From: a virus
Direction: 5' to 3' (one strand)
DNA length: 32,635 nucleotides
UHGV virus genome: UHGV-0186667
Positions 27,987-32,635 of the stretch are shown here, one piece after another; the first letter of the stretch is position 1; every line of letters begins with the position of its first letter. Position numbers and translations under genes: made by a program. The notes under the pieces are model-generated. The model ran no database searches. It was given only the letters and a program-made list of their open reading frames with translations, and was not told the DNA's origin.

Positions 27987-30900
27987 CAATAACCTGCGTC
28001 TGCAGGTGATTCTTAATGCGGTTGACAAACTCACCCGCCCATTTCGATCCGCGCAGGCCAGTTCAAGAGAACTGGCTGCTGCTGTCAAAAAATCCCGCGA
28101 TGCAATAAAGCAGCTTGATCAGGCCGGGAGCAGTCTGGACAGCTTCCGAAAGCTGCAGGCAGAAAATCAGAAATTAGGCGACAGGCTGAACTATGCCCGC
28201 CAGCGTGCAAATTTGCTCAGTCAGGAACTGGGAGCGATGGGGCCGCCTTCGCAACGTCAGGTTGTTGCTCTGGGCCGTCAACGGCTGGCTGTTCAGCGCC
28301 TGGAAGAACGCCAGAAAAAGCTGCAGCAGCAGACGGCGCTTGTGCGTGCAGAACTTTATCGTGCTGGTATTTCAGCTAATGATGGCGCCAGTGCGACGGC
28401 CCGCATTACCCGTGAAACGATGCGTTATAACAGGCAGCTTTCTGAGCAGGAAGCGAGGTTACGACGTGTCGGGGAGCAACAGCGAAAAATGCACGCCGCC
28501 CGGGGGGCTTACGCCAGGCGTCTTGAGGTAAGGGATCGTATTGCAGGTGCCGGAGCCACCACCACGGCTGCAGGGCTGGCAATGGGCGCACCAGTGATGG
28601 CGGCAGTAAAAAGCTATACCAGCATGGAAGATGCCATGAAAGGTGTGGCAAAGCAGGTCAATGGTCTGCGTGACGATAATGGCAACCGCACTGCGCGTTT
28701 TTACGAAATGCAGGGTGCCATCAAGGCTGCCAGCGAACAGTTGCCGATGGAAAACGGTGCAGTGGACTTCGCCGCACTGGTTGAAGGTGGTGCGCGCATG
28801 AACGTCGCAAACCCTGACGACAGCTGGGAAGACCAGAAACGTGACCTGCTGGCCTTCGCCAGCACGGCGGCAAAGGCGGCAACAGCCTTTGAACTGCCAG
28901 CGGATGAACTGTCAGAAAGTCTGGGGAAAATCGCCCAGCTCTACAAAATCCCCACCCGCAATATTGAACAGCTCGGTGATGCGCTGAACTATCTGGATGA
29001 TAACGCCATGTCGAAAGGGGCAGACATCATTGATGTGATGCAACGTCTGGGCGGTGTGGCTGACCGTCTGGATTATCGTAAAGCGGCGGCGCTGGGTTCC
29101 ACCTTCCTGACACTGGGCGCTGCGCCAGAGGTTGCAGCCAGTGCAGCAAACGCGATGGTGCGTGAATTGTCCATTGCCACCATGCAAAGCAAGAGTTTCT
29201 TTGAAGGGATGAATCTGCTGAAACTCAATCCTGAAGTGATTGAAAAGCAGATGACGAAGGATGCGATGGGAACCATCCAGCGCGTGCTGGAGAAGGTAAA
29301 CGCGCTGCCGCAGGACAAGCGCCTGTCTGCCATGACTATGTTGTTTGGTAAAGAGTTTGGCGATGACGCGGCGAAACTGGCAAACAACCTGCCGGAACTG
29401 CAGCGTCAGTTAAAACTGACAGCGGGCAATGATGCGCTCGGCTCCATGCAGAAAGAATCCGACATTAACAAGGATTCACTTTCTGCGCAGTGGTTGCTGG
29501 TCAAAACCGGAGCGCAGAACACCTTCAGCAGCCTGGGCGAAACGCTGCGCCAGCCGCTGATGGATATTCTGTACACGGTGAAAAGCGTCACGGGGGCGTT
29601 GCGTCGCTGGGTGGAAGCTAACCCGGAACTGACAGGCACACTGATGAAAGCATCGGCTGTTGTGGCTGCGGTTACCGTCGGCCTCGGCACCTTAGCGGTG
29701 GCGCTGGCTGCAGTGCTGGGGCCGCTGGCAGTGATCCGTCTGGGATTCTCTGTGCTGGGTATCAAAACGTTACCTTCCGTTACGGCAGCAGTAACTCGAA
29801 CCAGCAGCGCGTTGTCCTGGTTAGCTGGCGCACCACTGATACTGCTGCGACGCGGGCTTGCTTCATCGGGCAACGCTGCGGGTTTACTTACTGCACCGTT
29901 GTCATCTTTGCGCCGCACGGCATCACTGACGGGAAATGTCATGAAAACTGTAGCAGGTGCGCCGGTTGCACTTTTGCGGTCTGGATTATCCGGTTTACGT
30001 GCTGTTGCTGTGATGTTTATGAATCCTCTGGCGGTACTGCGCGGTGGACTGGTCGCCGCAGGCACGGTGCTGCGAGTACTGGCATCTGGTCCACTGGCGA
30101 TGCTGCGCGTTGCCCTGTATGCCGTATCTGGTCTGTTAGGTGCTCTGCTCAGTCCGATAGGTCTTGTGGTTACTGCACTGGCGGGCGTGGCGCTGGTTGT
30201 CTGGAAATACTGGCAACCCATCACCGCATTTCTTGGTGGCGTGGTGGAAGGATTCAAAGCGGCGGCAGGTCCCGTCAGTGCAGCATTCGAACCACTTAAG
30301 CCTGTGTTTCAGTGGATTGGCGACAAAGTGCAGGCGCTCTGGGGCTGGTTTACTGATCTGCTGACGCCCGTTAAGTCGACCTCTGCCGAACTGCAGAGTG
30401 CAGCGGCAATGGGGCGGCGATTCGGGGAGGCACTGGCGGAAGGGCTGAATATGGTCATGCATCCGCTGGACTCCCTGAAATCTGGCGTTTCCTGGTTGCT
30501 GGATAAACTCGGCATTGTCAGTAAAGAGGCTGCAAAGGCGAAACTGCCGGAAAGCGTGACGCGTCAGCAACCTGCGACGGTGAATGCAGACGGTAAAGTG
30601 ATGATGCCATCGGGTGGTTTTCCGTCATGGGGATATGGCTTTGCGGGGATGTATGACAGCGGCGGCTATATCCCGCGTGGGCAGTTTGGCATCGTCGGTG
30701 AAAACGGGCCGGAAATTGTTAACGGCCCGGCAAATGTGACCAGCCGGAGAAATACAGCTGCACTGGCTGCCGTTGTTGCCGGAATGATGGGCGTTGCTGC
30801 CGCGCCAGCAGAGCTTCCACCGTTGCACCCTTTGGCACTTCCCGCGAAAGGTGGAGAAGCAATTGTGAGTCGCGCAGCCACTGTGCCGCTCGTTCAACGG

Positions 30901-31056
30901 ATTGAGGCACCGACGCAGATCATCATTCAGACGCAGCCAGGACAAAGTGCGCAGGATATTGCGCGGGAGGTGGCACGCCAGCTTGATGAACGTGAACGCA
31001 GGCTGAAGGCAAAAGCCAGGAGTAACTACAGCGATCAGGGGGGATACGACGCATGA
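27979..31056 (+). CDS. T: Tail tape measure protein (P2 gpT)
   Basis: 1025 aa, largest ORF in the tail operon, helical N-terminal half, hydrophobic Ala/Gly-rich repeats in the middle. Confidence 0.85.
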   Translation: MSDNNLRLQVILNAVDKLTRPFRSAQASSRELAAAVKKSRDAIKQLDQAGSSLDSFRKLQAENQKLGDRLNYARQRANLLSQELGAMGPPSQRQVVALGRQRLAVQRLEERQKKLQQQTALVRAELYRAGISANDGASATARITRETMRYNRQLSEQEARLRRVGEQQRKMHAARGAYARRLEVRDRIAGAGATTTAAGLAMGAPVMAAVKSYTSMEDAMKGVAKQVNGLRDDNGNRTARFYEMQGAIKAASEQLPMENGAVDFAALVEGGARMNVANPDDSWEDQKRDLLAFASTAAKAATAFELPADELSESLGKIAQLYKIPTRNIEQLGDALNYLDDNAMSKGADIIDVMQRLGGVADRLDYRKAAALGSTFLTLGAAPEVAASAANAMVRELSIATMQSKSFFEGMNLLKLNPEVIEKQMTKDAMGTIQRVLEKVNALPQDKRLSAMTMLFGKEFGDDAAKLANNLPELQRQLKLTAGNDALGSMQKESDINKDSLSAQWLLVKTGAQNTFSSLGETLRQPLMDILYTVKSVTGALRRWVEANPELTGTLMKASAVVAAVTVGLGTLAVALAAVLGPLAVIRLGFSVLGIKTLPSVTAAVTRTSSALSWLAGAPLILLRRGLASSGNAAGLLTAPLSSLRRTASLTGNVMKTVAGAPVALLRSGLSGLRAVAVMFMNPLAVLRGGLVAAGTVLRVLASGPLAMLRVALYAVSGLLGALLSPIGLVVTALAGVALVVWKYWQPITAFLGGVVEGFKAAAGPVSAAFEPLKPVFQWIGDKVQALWGWFTDLLTPVKSTSAELQSAAAMGRRFGEALAEGLNMVMHPLDSLKSGVSWLLDKLGIVSKEAAKAKLPESVTRQQPATVNADGKVMMPSGGFPSWGYGFAGMYDSGGYIPRGQFGIVGENGPEIVNGPANVTSRRNTAALAAVVAGMMGVAAAPAELPPLHPLALPAKGGEAIVSRAATVPLVQRIEAPTQIIIQTQPGQSAQDIAREVARQLDERERRLKAKARSNYSDQGGYDA

Positions 31057-31538
31057 TGATGGTGCTGGGATTGTACGTGTTTATGCTGCGCACCGTTCCG
31101 TATCAGGAACTGCAGTATCAACGCAGCTGGCGACATGCGGCAAACAGCCGGGTAAACCGTCGTCCGTCAACGCAGTTTCTGGGACCGGAAAACGACATGC
31201 TGACGCTTTCCGGTGTTCTTATGCCGGAGATAACAGGCGGCAGGCTGTCGTTGCTGGCACTGGAGCAGATGGCAGAACAGGGGAAAGCATGGCCCCTGAT
31301 TGAAGGCAGCGGCACGATTTACGGCATGTATGTGATTGAGGGACTGAATCAGACTAAAACGGAGTTTTTCCGCGACGGTATGCCGCGCAGGATTGAGTTC
31401 ACCCTTTCGCTAAAACGGGTGGATGAATCCCTGTCCGATGTGTTCGGTGATCTCAGTACTCAACTGAATAATCTGCAGGACACGGCAACGTCTGCCTTAA
31501 GCGATATCAGTAAAACGGTGGGAGGGCTGCTGTCGTGA
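31053..31538 (+). CDS. U: Tail protein U
   Basis: 161 aa (P2 U is about 159), after T. Confidence 0.8.
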   Translation: MMMVLGLYVFMLRTVPYQELQYQRSWRHAANSRVNRRPSTQFLGPENDMLTLSGVLMPEITGGRLSLLALEQMAEQGKAWPLIEGSGTIYGMYVIEGLNQTKTEFFRDGMPRRIEFTLSLKRVDESLSDVFGDLSTQLNNLQDTATSALSDISKTVGGLLS

Positions 31539-32635
31539 ATTTCAGCTCTGAACTGCTTAACAAAGGAAACAAAACTCCCGCATTCAGCATCAGTATTGAG
31601 GGGAAGGATATCACCACTGTGCTGGATAACCGCCTGATGAGTCTGACGCTGACGGACAATCGGGGCTTTGAAGCGGACCAGCTTGATCTGGAGCTGGACG
31701 ACGCCGACGGAAAAATCGTGCTGCCGCGCCGTGGTGCGGTCATTACGCTGGCGCTGGGCTGGAAGGGGCAGCCGCTTTTCCCGAAAGGGGCATTCACGGT
31801 GGACGAGATTGAACACACTGGCGCACCGGACCGCCTGACTATCCGGGCGCGAAGTGCTGATTTTCGGGAAACGCTGAATACCCGCCGTGAAAAATCGTGG
31901 CATAACACCACCATCGGGGAAGTGGTGAAGGAAATAGCCGCGCGGCACAAGCTGAAGATGGCACTGGGTAAAGACCTGTCGGATAAGCCCGTGGAGCATA
32001 TAGACCAGACTAATGAGAGTGACGGCAGTTTTTTGATGCGGCTGGCGCGCCAGTACGGTGCCATTGCATCGGTGAAAAATGGCAATCTGTTATTCATCCG
32101 GCAGGGACAGGGCAAAAGCGCCAGCGGTAAACCACTGCCGGTGATTACTATCACACGTAAGGACGGCGACAGTCACCGCTTTACCCTGGCAGATCGCGGA
32201 GCTTACACGGGGGTAATTGCCAGCTGGTTGCATACCCGCGAACCCGCGAAGAAAGAAAGCACTACGGTGAAGCGTAAGCGCAGGACTAAGAAGCAGAAGA
32301 AAGAGCCGGAAGCGAAGCAGGGCGATTACCTGGTGGGGACGGATGAAAACGTGCTGGTACTTAATCGCACTTATGCCAACCGGAGCAACGCTGAACGGGC
32401 AGCGAAAATGCAGTGGGAACGCCTGCAACGTGGCGTTGCGTCATTCTCGCTACAACTGGCGGAAGGGCGGGCAGATCTCTACACGGAAATGCCTGTGAAG
32501 GTCAGTGGTTTTAAACAGCCGATAGATGATGCGGAATGGACCATTACGACTCTGACACATACCGTCAGCCCGGATAACGGTTTTACAACCAGTATTGAAC
32601 TCGAAGTGAAGATTGATGATCTTGAAATGGAATAA
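31535..32635 (+). CDS. D: Tail protein D
   Basis: 366 aa, last late gene before the expected ogr/att end; stop TAA at the window end. Confidence 0.8.
   Translation: MNFSSELLNKGNKTPAFSISIEGKDITTVLDNRLMSLTLTDNRGFEADQLDLELDDADGKIVLPRRGAVITLALGWKGQPLFPKGAFTVDEIEHTGAPDRLTIRARSADFRETLNTRREKSWHNTTIGEVVKEIAARHKLKMALGKDLSDKPVEHIDQTNESDGSFLMRLARQYGAIASVKNGNLLFIRQGQGKSASGKPLPVITITRKDGDSHRFTLADRGAYTGVIASWLHTREPAKKESTTVKRKRRTKKQKKEPEAKQGDYLVGTDENVLVLNRTYANRSNAERAAKMQWERLQRGVASFSLQLAEGRADLYTEMPVKVSGFKQPIDDAEWTITTLTHTVSPDNGFTTSIELEVKIDDLEME

Larger units (their letters stand above)
10..32635. mobile_element. P2/186-family prophage, truncated by the window end after gene D
   Basis: Complete P2-type synteny from int through D; att core at the left end; ogr and the other junction would lie beyond 32635. 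Confidence 0.9.

Noticed and set aside
27579-28088. 169-aa minus-strand ORF spanning E, the E' extension and the start of T
   Set aside because: The plus strand is explained by E, the -1 frameshift extension and T; the antisense ORF has no support.
29406-30257. 283-aa minus-strand ORF
   Set aside because: Antisense to the tape measure gene in its Ala/Gly-rich region; a codon-composition artefact.
1-32635. CRISPR array or other tandem repeat array
   Set aside because: No regularly spaced direct repeats of 25-40 bp anywhere in the window; the only repeat structures are the operator pair, the inversion sites and hairpins.

Overview
The window is almost entirely one P2/186-family temperate prophage (enterobacterial myovirus with contractile tail). 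It starts at an att core made of the last ~45 nt of ssrA (tmRNA) and runs past the window end. Gene order: att core, integrase, CI-type repressor, operator/promoter region, apl/cox, cII, small early ORFs, TraR/DksA zinc finger, Dam methylase, replication initiator A, a LexA-boxed tum/DinI-like SOS module, an AT-rich cargo island (71-aa + 280-aa membrane-protein operon, candidate cos, 557-aa orphan protein), portal Q and terminase P on the minus strand, capsid genes O N M L, tail X, lysis cassette (pinholin-like, SAR endolysin, LysA-like, overlapping spanins), tail completion R S, baseplate V W J I, tail fibre H with a Gin-type invertible C-terminal segment plus invertase, sheath FI, tube FII, E/E' with a -1 frameshift, tape measure T, U and D. 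The most interesting part is the cargo island between gene A and the portal gene, where P2-like phages are known to carry anti-phage defence genes. Its three ORFs match no family I can recognise by eye and are candidate novel defence or exclusion genes. All similarity statements come from reading the translations against remembered P2, 186, Mu and E. coli proteins; no database search or computation was run.
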